A model generated the notes under the pieces. That model was given only the letters and a program-made list of their open reading frames with translations. It made no database searches and was not told the origin of the DNA. Shown one piece after another: positions 1 through 10,400 of a stretch of DNA of 64,000 nucleotides (the stretch's first letter is position 1; every line of letters begins with the position of its first letter). Source of the stretch: a virus. The position numbers were made by a program, and so were the translations under genes. The stretch spans positions 6,562-70,561 of IMG/VR virus record IMGVR_UViG_3300025778_000016; one strand, given 5' to 3'.

Positions 1-902
1 CCTAAGATAGTAACGTTTTTGCCGTTTTCTAAACAGCGTTTTGCCATGTTTTCTGCTTGTACTTCTCTAGCAGTCATGATGCTATCAAATAAATCATATC
101 CTAAATTTAAACGATCAGCCATATATCTTAATGCGATGTTATCACGTGGGTGGCATGCTCCACCATCGCCCATGCCTGCTGTCATATATTTGCTACTCAT
201 AATTCTATGAGTGCTATTTGCTAATGCGTTTGTAACAATATCAACGTTAATATTGCCATTCTTTTCTGCTACATCTTGAATCATATTGACTAAGGCAATT
301 TTTGTACTAATAAATGTATTATAGAAAATCTTAATACTTTCAGCTTCGTCCCATGTTCCTACTTCGTAACGTGGACTATTTTGCATAAAAGTTTTATAAA
401 AGTCAATCAACTGTTTAGCGTCACCTGTGACATCGCCATCTTCAGTACCGATAATAACCATTTCTGGATTTACCATGTCCCACTTTACAGTTCCCATAGC
501 AATCAAGTAAGGGTTATAAATGAAACGTGCGTTTGTAATACAGGGAGCAAGTATATTGCGAACTGTGCCTGGAAGTGTTGTACTGATAAGAACAACTAAT
601 TGATCTTTTGTTACATACTTATTAACTTCAGTTAAAATATCTGTGACAACACTATAATCAAAATCTTTTACTGGTAAATGACTAGTTGGTGTTTCACCAC
701 CATATTCAGGATCGTGAGCAGTTGGAGCAGCAATAAAAATTAAATCACGGCCTTGTACTGCTTGTTCAATAGTACTCGACATAGGAAAATTACTAGGATT
801 TCTTGGTACAATATCATATCCTGTTACATCATAACTTTCTGCCATTACTTCTGCGCAGTCTTGCCCTAATTTTCCAACTCCAATCATTGCCACTTTTGTC
901 AT
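1..902 (-). CDS. UDP-glucose/GDP-mannose dehydrogenase family protein (runs off the window start; absent from the ORF track)
   Basis: Manual translation from ATG at 902: MTKVAMIGVGKLGQDCAEVMA (Rossmann GxGxxG), VVLISTTLPGT, AESIKIFYNTF, catalytic GMGDGGACHPRD. SD-like GAGG lies upstream. Confidence 0.9.
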   Translation of the reverse strand, partial: MTKVAMIGVGKLGQDCAEVMAESYDVTGYDIVPRNPSNFPMSSTIEQAVQGRDLIFIAAPTAHDPEYGGETPTSHLPVKDFDYSVVTDILTEVNKYVTKDQLVVLISTTLPGTVRNILAPCITNARFIYNPYLIAMGTVKWDMVNPEMVIIGTEDGDVTGDAKQLIDFYKTFMQNSPRYEVGTWDEAESIKIFYNTFISTKIALVNMIQDVAEKNGNINVDIVTNALANSTHRIMSSKYMTAGMGDGGACHPRDNIALRYMADRLNLGYDLFDSIMTAREVQAENMAKRCLENGKNVTIL

Positions 903-915
903 AATTACCTCTGAA

Positions 916-2139
916 CTATTTATTTTTGTAGTTTACCTTGTGTATAAAATTATCTTTGTTTTTAAGTACATTTAAGTTATGATTTGTAATCTCTTTACAT
1001 TTGTCTAAAAATTCAGATAGTTCTTCACTAGATAAATTACACAATCGGTTGATTTCTGCTATTATTTTTAATAAACGTTTGCCATCGTTGTATTCTTGGT
1101 CATAACTTTCATCAATATAAGGACTAAAAGTTTTATATCCCAATTCATGTAAAGCAGACAATATGTTTGGGCAAGCCACTAATATAAATGGATGCTCACA
1201 AGCAATCGCTTTAAATGTTTTTTCTGTTAAATATCTGCCGCCGTTATGTGATGGATCACTATAATAATTGGTTTCAGTAACAACACTAAAATATGTATCG
1301 TTATACAAATAATCAGTTGATGTATCTAGTGTGGCGCGATTAGTTACTAAATCTGGGGTATCCAAATACAACGGTTCTAAATTAAAAATCCTTTCCATAT
1401 TTGCTTGTAGCAACTCATGAATCGCATCATATCCTTGATGACTATGTAGTATCCAATCCCATGTTTTAGCCCAGTCATGATTATCATCAGCATTACCTAA
1501 ACTTACATGTCCATACTTTAATAAATCATTTACTTCAAGTAATGCTACTAATACAGGGCGATGTAAACGCCATCTTCTGTTGAAACACAGATATTTTTTA
1601 TCATACTTTTTATGTTGTAATGTGTTTAAACTCATTGGCATGCTAGGCATTACGTCAGGGTTGGTACCTTCGTTTAAATTTCGTTCGTGTTGTAGTTTGT
1701 ATTCTAATTCCATGAATATTTCAACACGTATTTCAGGTAAATTATAAAGTTGGCTACATCTCAGAACTTCATTGTACAAGTCAAAGTTGCCTGTGCCAAT
1801 AATAATTTGTTCTGCTGGTATATTTTGCCCAATTACAACGTGTTTATATATTGCTTCTACACCATCTATAAACCCTTCGTGAAAATTTACACACATTAAA
1901 AAAGTTTTCTTTTTGCGTATATTTTCTAAAGTTCTTGGATTCATAAAACTATCTAAAGGAAACAACTCAAATGCGTTTCCTCCTTTATACTCAAGATAGT
2001 AGTAATCATAATCACAGTCTTTGCCAGGAATTTGTGTTTGACGCATTTGCCAAGCAAGTGTGTTAGTCCAATACTCCAATCTAGTATTATGACTAAATGT
2101 GGATAAGTTATAATATCCGTCTCTGTTTAGTAAGCCCAT
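916..2139 (-). CDS. putative glycosyltransferase-like protein (GT-B / fucosyltransferase-like C-terminus); paralog of 2989..4170
   Basis: YFSVVTET...LTEKTFKAI resembles the xxEN...TEK donor-binding motif of GT10-like enzymes. It lies in a sugar-modification cluster. Confidence 0.5.
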   Translation of the reverse strand: MGLLNRDGYYNLSTFSHNTRLEYWTNTLAWQMRQTQIPGKDCDYDYYYLEYKGGNAFELFPLDSFMNPRTLENIRKKKTFLMCVNFHEGFIDGVEAIYKHVVIGQNIPAEQIIIGTGNFDLYNEVLRCSQLYNLPEIRVEIFMELEYKLQHERNLNEGTNPDVMPSMPMSLNTLQHKKYDKKYLCFNRRWRLHRPVLVALLEVNDLLKYGHVSLGNADDNHDWAKTWDWILHSHQGYDAIHELLQANMERIFNLEPLYLDTPDLVTNRATLDTSTDYLYNDTYFSVVTETNYYSDPSHNGGRYLTEKTFKAIACEHPFILVACPNILSALHELGYKTFSPYIDESYDQEYNDGKRLLKIIAEINRLCNLSSEELSEFLDKCKEITNHNLNVLKNKDNFIHKVNYKNK

Positions 2140-2987
2140 TAGATTAAATGCTCACTGTTATAGTAATTAGGTGTACTATTATAAAGATTTCTACTCCACA
2201 TTAATATATCATCATGGTTTGTTAATTGTAAAAGTTCATCATATACTGTGTGCGCTTTTAATTTAACCGGACTTGATAAATTAATACCTATATTTTGTAA
2301 ATATGACATATAACGTACAGGGCTTGGATGATAATCTTGGTACATACCGCCCTTACCATTGTTATGATGTTTGTTAAAATATTCGTGGGCATTAATCCAA
2401 TTATAAGATCCATATTGATCTATTGCCTTTACACAATCATACAATGTTTCTGGCATACTTTCTATAGTGTCTTTGTATAAATCTATTACGTCTTCAAACC
2501 CATAGCCTTCGAAATATCTACTATCGTATCTTGGATTTACTGCGTGTAACATTAGACTATCACAGGGCAGTTGTTGTAACATATATTTTATACTTGTTAT
2601 GATAGCCAAATCTCTAACAATATAACCTTTAGCGCAGGCAAACTTTTTAAGAAATTCATCATCATAACTACCCTGAGTCCAAATATTGCCAGGTGTTAAC
2701 CAACCGTTTTGAATATAACGATCTTCACGACAATATGTACTCCAATGTGGTATTACCAAATCAGTTTCGTTAAATTTATATTTTTGATTAGCTGCTACTA
2801 ATGTTGCTGCTATAAAAAGATTACCACCACCTGACTGTCCAAAGTTATAGCAAGTAACGTTTGGTATTTCCCAGTGTAGTATGTTAGCCCAAGTTGGCCA
2901 ATAGTAGTTTGTAAAACTACATCCAAAGATAAAAATTCTTTGATATTTGTTTTTTAAATAGTTTAAATGTTCTGGTTTTATAAGCAT
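2139..2987 (-). CDS. SGNH/GDSL-like hydrolase or acyltransferase
   Basis: FGCSFT (block I), NFGQSGGGN (block II) and DYHPSP (catalytic DxH). Confidence 0.65.
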   Translation of the reverse strand: MLIKPEHLNYLKNKYQRIFIFGCSFTNYYWPTWANILHWEIPNVTCYNFGQSGGGNLFIAATLVAANQKYKFNETDLVIPHWSTYCREDRYIQNGWLTPGNIWTQGSYDDEFLKKFACAKGYIVRDLAIITSIKYMLQQLPCDSLMLHAVNPRYDSRYFEGYGFEDVIDLYKDTIESMPETLYDCVKAIDQYGSYNWINAHEYFNKHHNNGKGGMYQDYHPSPVRYMSYLQNIGINLSSPVKLKAHTVYDELLQLTNHDDILMWSRNLYNSTPNYYNSEHLI

Positions 2988-2988
2988 T

Positions 2989-4170
2989 TTAGTAATTTAA
3001 CCTGCGGCAAAATAATGTTTTATTTCTTAAAACATTGTAGTTGTATGTAGTAATTTCTTTTACTCCGTTTAAAAAAGTTGTCAATTCATCACCTGACAAT
3101 TCACTTAATCGTTTAATTTCTTTTATAATTTTAAACATTCTTAAACTTTCATTACTTTCACTATCATAGCTTTCATCTATATAAGGACTATAACTTTTAT
3201 AACCCAATTCAGTCCATTTTTCTAACATATTCGGCACACTGACTATAATCAATGGATGACATTCTGCTACTGGTTTAAAGATTTTCTCACTAAAAAATCT
3301 CGCGCTTTCATCTCTACCATACGTTGGACTTTTAAAAAAGTTAGTTTCTGTTACTACACTAAAATAACTATTGTCATAAAACGGATGAGTAGCGTCATCT
3401 AATAAAGGTTGATTTTCTACTAAATTTGTATTATCAAGATACATTTCGGGTAAACTTAAAATGTCACTTTTAAATCTTTTTAATTTAAGTTTACTGGGTT
3501 CGTGATTTAATAAACTGTCAATCCATGTAAACAGCCCTTCATTCCAACTCATGTTATCATCTGCTTTACCTAAACTAACATAGCCATAATCTAGTATTCC
3601 ATAAGCTTTCATTAATGCTACTAATAATACTCTTTGACTACGCCATCTTCTATTAAAGTTTAAGAACTTTTTACTATAATCTTTTAATTGTAATCTATTG
3701 GGAATGTCTTGTTCATTTGGATAACGTTCTTTAATATTAACTTGAATGTTGTATTCAAATGTACATATCCATTCTGCTTTCATCAATGGTTGATTGTATA
3801 AACTAGCAATTCTTTCGATTTCTGTTGCTATATCAGCACTTTCAGTTAATAACAATATTTGATCTGCTGGTATTCCCTGTTTAATAACTAAACTTCTATA
3901 CAATGGGTCAATTATGCTATGATATGATTCATGGCAATTATCAATACACAACATTACTTTTCTATCTTTAATAGATTGTATTTCTTCATTTGTTAAAAAT
4001 TGATGTAATGGATAGTAATCAAATACATCTCCATCTTTAAAATCAAAAAAGTAATAATCTACTGGATCATTGTGAAAATCACGAATAAACCATGTGCTGG
4101 TACTTTCACGCTTTTCAATAAAATCTCTTGAACCTAAATGATAAAAATTGTCTCTGTTTAAGATTGCCAT
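2989..4170 (-). CDS. putative glycosyltransferase-like protein; paralog of 916..2139
   Basis: Shares the LNRD N-terminus, FNRRWR, YFSVVTETN, (T/S)EKxFK and YIDESYD with 916..2139. Confidence 0.5.
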   Translation of the reverse strand: MAILNRDNFYHLGSRDFIEKRESTSTWFIRDFHNDPVDYYFFDFKDGDVFDYYPLHQFLTNEEIQSIKDRKVMLCIDNCHESYHSIIDPLYRSLVIKQGIPADQILLLTESADIATEIERIASLYNQPLMKAEWICTFEYNIQVNIKERYPNEQDIPNRLQLKDYSKKFLNFNRRWRSQRVLLVALMKAYGILDYGYVSLGKADDNMSWNEGLFTWIDSLLNHEPSKLKLKRFKSDILSLPEMYLDNTNLVENQPLLDDATHPFYDNSYFSVVTETNFFKSPTYGRDESARFFSEKIFKPVAECHPLIIVSVPNMLEKWTELGYKSYSPYIDESYDSESNESLRMFKIIKEIKRLSELSGDELTTFLNGVKEITTYNYNVLRNKTLFCRRLNY

Positions 4171-5135
4171 AATTCACTAGCCTTTGGAATAATAATATCT
4201 GTGCCACAATGGCAATGTTCTTTTTCACAAATTATTTTTTTGGGTCCTGCTTGGCTTACATCTTCTAAAATATTGCCTACATACCCACCCTGTCCACAAC
4301 TTGCTAAACTCATTTCGCCAATTGGATTAATAAACAAACAGTCGCCTACATTACATGACCAACCACTAAAGAAGTTATTTCCAGATACTATAACTTCATT
4401 GCTGTTACATACCTCACTAGTATTGTCATCATATTTACAATAGCTTACAGTAAGAGTTGTACGTTTCATTGGCTTTCTTTTAGTTTGATGTATTTCTGTT
4501 GTATTCTTTTTAAGCCATTCTTCTTTTTCAGGGTCATTATAGTGCCATGGACTTGCGTTTACTGTCATTTCATCGAATAGTGGAGTCCATTCAATAAAAT
4601 AGTTAGGCATTACCGTCTTTAAATAATTGCCAAACTCTACAACTTCCCAGAAACGTTCTTCGTGCATTAGCATTTTAGTAGCAAGATAATTAACCTTTTC
4701 ACATAAGAATATACTGTTTTCTTCATACTTCTTCTTATTGCTATATTCAATATGAAAGCTAGCGACTACATCGTCAAATAGATAATAGTGCTTTTGCCAC
4801 CAAGCTAATGGGCGACTTAAGTTTGTGTTTACTGCTAATGTTGCTCTTGGTAATTCGTTATAAATCCATTCGCAAATAGGTATAAAATTACTCCAAGCAG
4901 TTGGTTCGCCGCCACTAAAGAAAAACTTAAAGTTTTTATAACCTGCGTCTTTGTATTTGTTTATAATTGTAGATAAATTTTCAATATAACGATCTAAGTT
5001 ACCTTCATTTCTATCAGTACCGCTCCAGTTTCCAGGATTGCAATAACTACATTTATAGTTACAGTAGTTATTAACTTGCCATGTAACTGCTAGATAGGGT
5101 TGAGGTGCCTCAATAGCAATTAACTTTCTGCCCAC
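4158..5135 (-). CDS. radical SAM enzyme with C-terminal Cys-rich (SPASM/twitch-like) region
   Basis: CNYKCSYC (CxxxCxxC), SGGEPT, TNLS, and C-terminal WSC...ASC...CEKEHCHC. Confidence 0.9.
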   Translation of the reverse strand: MGRKLIAIEAPQPYLAVTWQVNNYCNYKCSYCNPGNWSGTDRNEGNLDRYIENLSTIINKYKDAGYKNFKFFFSGGEPTAWSNFIPICEWIYNELPRATLAVNTNLSRPLAWWQKHYYLFDDVVASFHIEYSNKKKYEENSIFLCEKVNYLATKMLMHEERFWEVVEFGNYLKTVMPNYFIEWTPLFDEMTVNASPWHYNDPEKEEWLKKNTTEIHQTKRKPMKRTTLTVSYCKYDDNTSEVCNSNEVIVSGNNFFSGWSCNVGDCLFINPIGEMSLASCGQGGYVGNILEDVSQAGPKKIICEKEHCHCGTDIIIPKASELWQS

Positions 5136-6391
5136 TCAAACACCTCTTTTAAATCTGGAACTAAATCTAATAAACTTTCATCACGTAAACTATCTATTTC
5201 TTTTGTGTGTTGAATAAACTCTTGTATGCCACCTTTGTTTTCTTCGCCCACTGTTAAGTTGTAAATGATCATTTTAAAACCGTTATAGATATCAATATTA
5301 TTTTTATAACGATTTTGATATACACGATATAATTCAACAAGTCTACGTTTAACATGTGCTGGCAATATCATGATATTAGCATACCACGGGAAAGTAACTA
5401 AGTTAAATCTTGGACTGCTCTTAGTATCAATAAATCCATTCTTAATCATATAATCAAAGAAGTCAGGGAATGTAAACACGTTCCAAATACTAATTGTGGG
5501 AGTAATTTGAAACTCTGCGTGTGGGACTTCTTGTTTGATTAGTTTAATATTATTAACAATACGATTCCAATCAGTACCCTTACGTATGACTTCTGCCAGT
5601 GAGCCATGTGCGTCTAAGCTAGCCCATATTTTTAATTTAGGAAACTTTTTCCAATAACTAATTAAGTCTACATCTTTTCTATATTTTAATTGACTTAGAT
5701 TAGTGGTATATGTTAATTCAACTTGATCTGTTAATCCATTCTCAATCCAATAATCTAAACATTCATAATGTTCAGGCTGAATAATAATCTCGCCGCCAGC
5801 AAAATATACTTCTGTAACGTCTTTAAGATGTGGCTTTAATTTAGCCATAAACTTAAGATCATCATTGTTGCTTACAACAATTTTGGTATTGTGAAAGTGT
5901 GTTTGATACTTTTCAATGCCATTGTTTTCTACATATTCTTGTGCCCATTGGCTACTACAGCCTGGACCACAACTACGGCACTTCATATTACATAGATTAC
6001 TAAAACGTATATCCATGTATTTCATTTCAAACTTATCTAATGTACCATCTTTTTGTGTGTTTTCAGCAATATAGTTTACATACTCAAGACCTTTGCGTTT
6101 GTTATGACTTTGACGCATGGTCCATGTGCCAATTAATTCTAAGTCATAGCAACGCTTGCAGGTTTCTACAGGCTCATCATCTAACATAGCAACACGCAAC
6201 TTCTTAAAGTCATCGCTATTCATCATATCAAGAATGGATTCATCATCATTTATTGACGCAACAGGCATATTGCTGTCCGCAACACAGCAGGGGAGTACTC
6301 GCTTATCGGGCCAAGCGTGAAAATGAATCCATGGTAGCACACAAAAGTGTTTACCGTTCTGTACTAAGTTTTGTATCTTATTTTTATCCAT
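5120..6391 (-). CDS. radical SAM enzyme with N-terminal twitch-type Fe-S domain
   Basis: N-terminal FCVLPW...PCC...CKRC, then CNMKCRSC and AGGE. Confidence 0.9.
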   Translation of the reverse strand: MDKNKIQNLVQNGKHFCVLPWIHFHAWPDKRVLPCCVADSNMPVASINDDESILDMMNSDDFKKLRVAMLDDEPVETCKRCYDLELIGTWTMRQSHNKRKGLEYVNYIAENTQKDGTLDKFEMKYMDIRFSNLCNMKCRSCGPGCSSQWAQEYVENNGIEKYQTHFHNTKIVVSNNDDLKFMAKLKPHLKDVTEVYFAGGEIIIQPEHYECLDYWIENGLTDQVELTYTTNLSQLKYRKDVDLISYWKKFPKLKIWASLDAHGSLAEVIRKGTDWNRIVNNIKLIKQEVPHAEFQITPTISIWNVFTFPDFFDYMIKNGFIDTKSSPRFNLVTFPWYANIMILPAHVKRRLVELYRVYQNRYKNNIDIYNGFKMIIYNLTVGEENKGGIQEFIQHTKEIDSLRDESLLDLVPDLKEVFEWAES

Positions 6392-6479
6392 TATTTTTTT
6401 GTAAGTTTGTAAGTTTATCTTTTCTATTGTGTTTTTTCAATCTATAAGCAGACCATGTTAGATATTCTGGGCGGTACAT
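6384..6479 (-). CDS. 31-aa small ORF (MYRPEYLTWSAYRLKKHNRKDKLTNLQKNNG), absent from the ORF track
   Basis: Strong SD AAGGAG 5 nt before the ATG at 6479. It fills the gap between two radical SAM genes, and its end overlaps the next start (ATGGATAA). Confidence 0.55.
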   Translation of the reverse strand: MYRPEYLTWSAYRLKKHNRKDKLTNLQKNNG

Positions 6480-6481
6480 AA

Positions 6482-7711
6482 TTACTCCTTGAGTGTTGCT
6501 AAGTTATTTAACTCGGGAAATATTTGCCAGAAGTTTTCATTGCGTATGCTATCCATACTTTGTGTATACTGTAAAAATGTATTACGATTATCAGCCCATG
6601 TATCTTGTTCATTAGCAAAATTAACTGCTTCGTTGCCCAATCTATGTAATAATCCATTGCTTTCTTTATTGTTATCTATAAACTTACGCAGTTTATCGCT
6701 GGCTTCTAGTTTTAAACTTTTGGGCATACTCTTAGCACAATAATGTGTTGGATGTACTGCTAGATACAAACTATGATACCAATCATAGCCACGTACAATG
6801 TTTTTGCTTTTAAGGTATTCGTAAAATTCACCCAATGTATAATAGTTAAAAATACTTAGTACTGTATTGATTTGAAAGTCAACATAGTCTAAATTTCTAA
6901 ACGTAAGTAAGTTACTTTCTACTTTACCCCAATCTGTGCCATGACGTATCCATTCAGCACGACTTCCATAATGATCGATGCTACAACTTAGTTCAATCTT
7001 TTTAAAGTGTTTCCATAAATCAAGTATATCGTGTTTTTTGTATTTGATATTGCTTGCGTTTGTGTTATATCGTAATGTAATATCAGTGCGACCCAAACGA
7101 ATCATTTCTTCTAACATAGTATAATGTTCGTCTGTGATTAATGGTTCGCCACCAGCAAAGTATGCTAGATCAATATATGGAACATGTGTTAATACTTCTT
7201 CTAGTATATTGCCCTTGTTGTTATCTACATGTATTACAACTGGCATGTTTTTGTCAAAGTTCTCACGCATTTCTGCTGCCCATTGACTGCTAAATTCACT
7301 GCCACAGGTACGGCATTTAAAGTTACAGATATTGCTAAAGCGTATATCAAAGTAACGCATTTTAAAATCTGGCACAGTACCGTCTGGCTGTGTAGTAGTC
7401 ACAACTTCATCAAAGTATTTGGCAAAATGATCTTTGCTATAGTTTCTAAAACTATGTGGTCCGGCTTCTTCGTGCTTATAACAAAACGTACAAATACTAT
7501 TCTTGCGTTCGTTTAACATATCCAAACGCAATTGTTTCATTTTTTCATTATTAAATGCTTGTTCTAATGTGCTGTCTTTTGTGTTAGCAAATGGACTTTG
7601 ATAGTCATTGCTACAGCAGGGATAGATATCACCCTTGGGTGTTGTGTTTAAATGTACCCATGGAAACATACAAAAGACTTTGCTTTCATTTAATAAGAAG
7701 TCTTTGTTCAT
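6482..7711 (-). CDS. radical SAM enzyme with N-terminal twitch-type Fe-S domain
   Basis: FCMFPW...PCC...CTFC, CNFKCRTC and AGGEP. Confidence 0.9.
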   Translation of the reverse strand: MNKDFLLNESKVFCMFPWVHLNTTPKGDIYPCCSNDYQSPFANTKDSTLEQAFNNEKMKQLRLDMLNERKNSICTFCYKHEEAGPHSFRNYSKDHFAKYFDEVVTTTQPDGTVPDFKMRYFDIRFSNICNFKCRTCGSEFSSQWAAEMRENFDKNMPVVIHVDNNKGNILEEVLTHVPYIDLAYFAGGEPLITDEHYTMLEEMIRLGRTDITLRYNTNASNIKYKKHDILDLWKHFKKIELSCSIDHYGSRAEWIRHGTDWGKVESNLLTFRNLDYVDFQINTVLSIFNYYTLGEFYEYLKSKNIVRGYDWYHSLYLAVHPTHYCAKSMPKSLKLEASDKLRKFIDNNKESNGLLHRLGNEAVNFANEQDTWADNRNTFLQYTQSMDSIRNENFWQIFPELNNLATLKE

Positions 7712-8982
7712 ACTACTGGTAACTGTCTTTTGTTTGTTCTGATGTTGTAAACTAAAGGAGCAAGTTCAGGGAATACCTGTATAAAACTTTCACCGCGTAT
7801 TCTATCAAGTCGTGTAATTTCAGTAATGAAATTATATTTTTCTTTTTCCCATGTATTTTGACTGTAAATCCATTTATTAGCGTTTACAAGTTCTAATACT
7901 TGTTCAGGTGTAAAGTTATTATCTTTTAGTAACTGCTGCCCATTTTCTAAGCTAATCTTAGCTTTGGCTTTAAGCTCGTCTGGCAATATGTGTGCTGACA
8001 GATGCGTTGGTGTACTCATATTATATAATGAGTATGTTGGGCATGTTGGATGGTACATGTTTTTACTAACAAGATATTCATAAAATTTATCAATTGTTAA
8101 AATATTAAACACACTTAGTACTGTATTAATACAACAATTAATGTTTTCTTGTTTCTTAACTTCCATGAAGTTAGATTCGACTACACCCCAATCTGTACCA
8201 TGTCTAATATATTCTGCTCGTTCTCTAACATGATCAATACTAACATATAGATTAATTTTTGGTTTAAAATGTTTCCAAAGACCAATTAAGTCTTTGTCTT
8301 TAAATTTTAAATTACTTAAGTTTGTATTGTACAACAGTAAAATATCTGTTCTACCTTGCTTAATCATTTCTTCTAATAAGATATAATGCTGTTCTGTGAT
8401 TAAAGGTTCTCCTCCAGCAAAATAAGCGCCATACATATGTGGAATCTGTTTAATGATATCTTCTAATAATTTTTTATTATCATTTTTTGGTAACACCTTA
8501 GCGCCATGTTTTTTATATTTTAAATCTTCTTGTTCCCATTGACTACTATAATGACTTTGGCATGTTCGACATTTAAAATTACAAATGTTATTAAATCTTA
8601 TATCAAAATATCGCATTTTAAATTCTGACAAGCCACCATCTTCTTGTGTATAGCTAATAGCTTCTTCGAAAAATTGACCATAGTGTTTATTTACACTTTG
8701 TCTGCTGCTTTCAATACCTTGAGCCTCGTGTTTATAACAATTTTCACATTCAGGATTGGGTTCGCCTTTTAACATATCCAATCTTAAATCACGTTGCCCT
8801 TTGCTATTAACCAAACCCATTAAATCATAGTCTAATGGACTAAGAGCATAGTCATCAGTACAACTTTTAGCAATACAGCAGGGCGCAGTTCTGCAAGATG
8901 GAGTAGTATGAATATGTATCCATGGATACATACAAAATGTTTTGCTTTGATTCAAATAATATTCTTTATCGTATATACTCAT
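7708..8982 (-). CDS. radical SAM enzyme with N-terminal twitch-type Fe-S domain
   Basis: FCMYPW...PCC...CENC, CNFKCRTC and AGGEP. Close paralog of 6482..7711. Confidence 0.9.
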   Translation of the reverse strand: MSIYDKEYYLNQSKTFCMYPWIHIHTTPSCRTAPCCIAKSCTDDYALSPLDYDLMGLVNSKGQRDLRLDMLKGEPNPECENCYKHEAQGIESSRQSVNKHYGQFFEEAISYTQEDGGLSEFKMRYFDIRFNNICNFKCRTCQSHYSSQWEQEDLKYKKHGAKVLPKNDNKKLLEDIIKQIPHMYGAYFAGGEPLITEQHYILLEEMIKQGRTDILLLYNTNLSNLKFKDKDLIGLWKHFKPKINLYVSIDHVRERAEYIRHGTDWGVVESNFMEVKKQENINCCINTVLSVFNILTIDKFYEYLVSKNMYHPTCPTYSLYNMSTPTHLSAHILPDELKAKAKISLENGQQLLKDNNFTPEQVLELVNANKWIYSQNTWEKEKYNFITEITRLDRIRGESFIQVFPELAPLVYNIRTNKRQLPVV

Positions 8983-8989
8983 AATATGC

Positions 8990-8996
8990 TATTTAA
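8990..8996 (-). promoter_or_regulatory. putative late promoter (TTAAATA)
   Basis: Variant of the TAAATA core found in most intergenic gaps, 7 nt before the ATG at 8982. Confidence 0.45.
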
Positions 8997-8999
8997 TTC

Positions 9000-10400
9000 C
9001 TATAATGGATTAGTTCTATTTACATCCTGACATAATCTGTAAAAATTCATCATTTCTGGAAACACACTAAGCATGTCTGTTTCTCTGCGTTCGTCTAATT
9101 CATTGAACCAATTATAAAAGTCTCTACGACCTTCAATTAGTTTTTCATCACTGTAATGTGTTTCAGCCATGTAATCAACTACACGTTTAAACTTTTCATA
9201 TTCAATAGTGCTAAATTTCTTGCCGCTAGTATCATCAACATTAGCTTTCATAAACTCTAGTGTATCATACATATATGGCATAAACTCGCCTTTAGGCAAT
9301 ATATTCATATCATATTGTATAGGATCACGTAAGTATGGAGTATCAAAACGCACACGATGCTGTGGGTTTACAGGATCATCATACCAATCATAAGTGTTGC
9401 GCCATTCTAATATCTTTTCTAAAAACGATTTAAATGTAGTTACACTAAAAATATTAAACGTAATCATAAACGTGATTGGACTATCTGTTTGTGTTAGATA
9501 AGTATGAAAGTTTTTCTCCCATAATTCTAAATCTAATCCTGTGCGTATATATTCAGCACGTTCTCCCCATGTATCCATACTTGTAAACAATTTAAAACTA
9601 CGAATTTTCTTTTCGTCACATAGTTTTTTAACTGAACTACTAAGCTTTTCAATTAGTGCTGTTTTAGTACCTAAGTTGCTATTGATATTCAATTCAAGCC
9701 AAGGCATTGGATCTTTATCAATTTCATTTAATAGTTGCCATGTACTACGATGCATTGTGGGTTCGCCACCTGTAACACGCATAATGTTTAAACTTTTGCG
9801 TAGTTCGGGCCACCATTCCCAAAATGCGTCAACATAGGGATTTTCTTCTTCACGTTGAAATAGTTTCATCCAGTCAACATCACATCTATGATTTCGTACC
9901 GTTTGTACTGGACCATGTTCTACAATTTCATTATAGAAACGTGTGCTATATTTAGGATGACAATATCCACATTTAAAGTTACATTCATTACCAAAGTTGA
10001 TTTCCAGATACTCTGGATTAATGTTCTGATCCCAAGGTCTTTTGGCTGTTTGTTCGTAACGTTCTTCTGTGAATATACTACCATTACGTATATGACGATC
10101 ACTGATATAGTCTGGGCCCATTGCCTCAATGTTCCAACAGTAAACACACCCATCAGGCTTACCGCCTTCTAACATTAGTTTGCGTTCTTGTTTCTTTTCG
10201 TTCGTATTGTGTAATGCTGAAGGATTATCTTTTAGTTCTTCTAATGGAATCTTGTGTGGTCGTGGATGATAACAACTATGTGTCTCCCCACTTTGTAAGT
10301 ACATTGTAACGTGGTGCCACTTTGCTAAACAGAATGTAGGTCCTACTTCCTGTTCAATCTTAATTTTAATTTGTTTGATGCGATCACTTTCGTAACTCAT
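9000..10400 (-). CDS. radical SAM enzyme with N-terminal twitch-type Fe-S domain (divergent)
   Basis: FCLAKW...HSCYH...CVYC, CNFKCGYC and TGGEP. Confidence 0.9.
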   Translation of the reverse strand: MSYESDRIKQIKIKIEQEVGPTFCLAKWHHVTMYLQSGETHSCYHPRPHKIPLEELKDNPSALHNTNEKKQERKLMLEGGKPDGCVYCWNIEAMGPDYISDRHIRNGSIFTEERYEQTAKRPWDQNINPEYLEINFGNECNFKCGYCHPKYSTRFYNEIVEHGPVQTVRNHRCDVDWMKLFQREEENPYVDAFWEWWPELRKSLNIMRVTGGEPTMHRSTWQLLNEIDKDPMPWLELNINSNLGTKTALIEKLSSSVKKLCDEKKIRSFKLFTSMDTWGERAEYIRTGLDLELWEKNFHTYLTQTDSPITFMITFNIFSVTTFKSFLEKILEWRNTYDWYDDPVNPQHRVRFDTPYLRDPIQYDMNILPKGEFMPYMYDTLEFMKANVDDTSGKKFSTIEYEKFKRVVDYMAETHYSDEKLIEGRRDFYNWFNELDERRETDMLSVFPEMMNFYRLCQDVNRTNPL

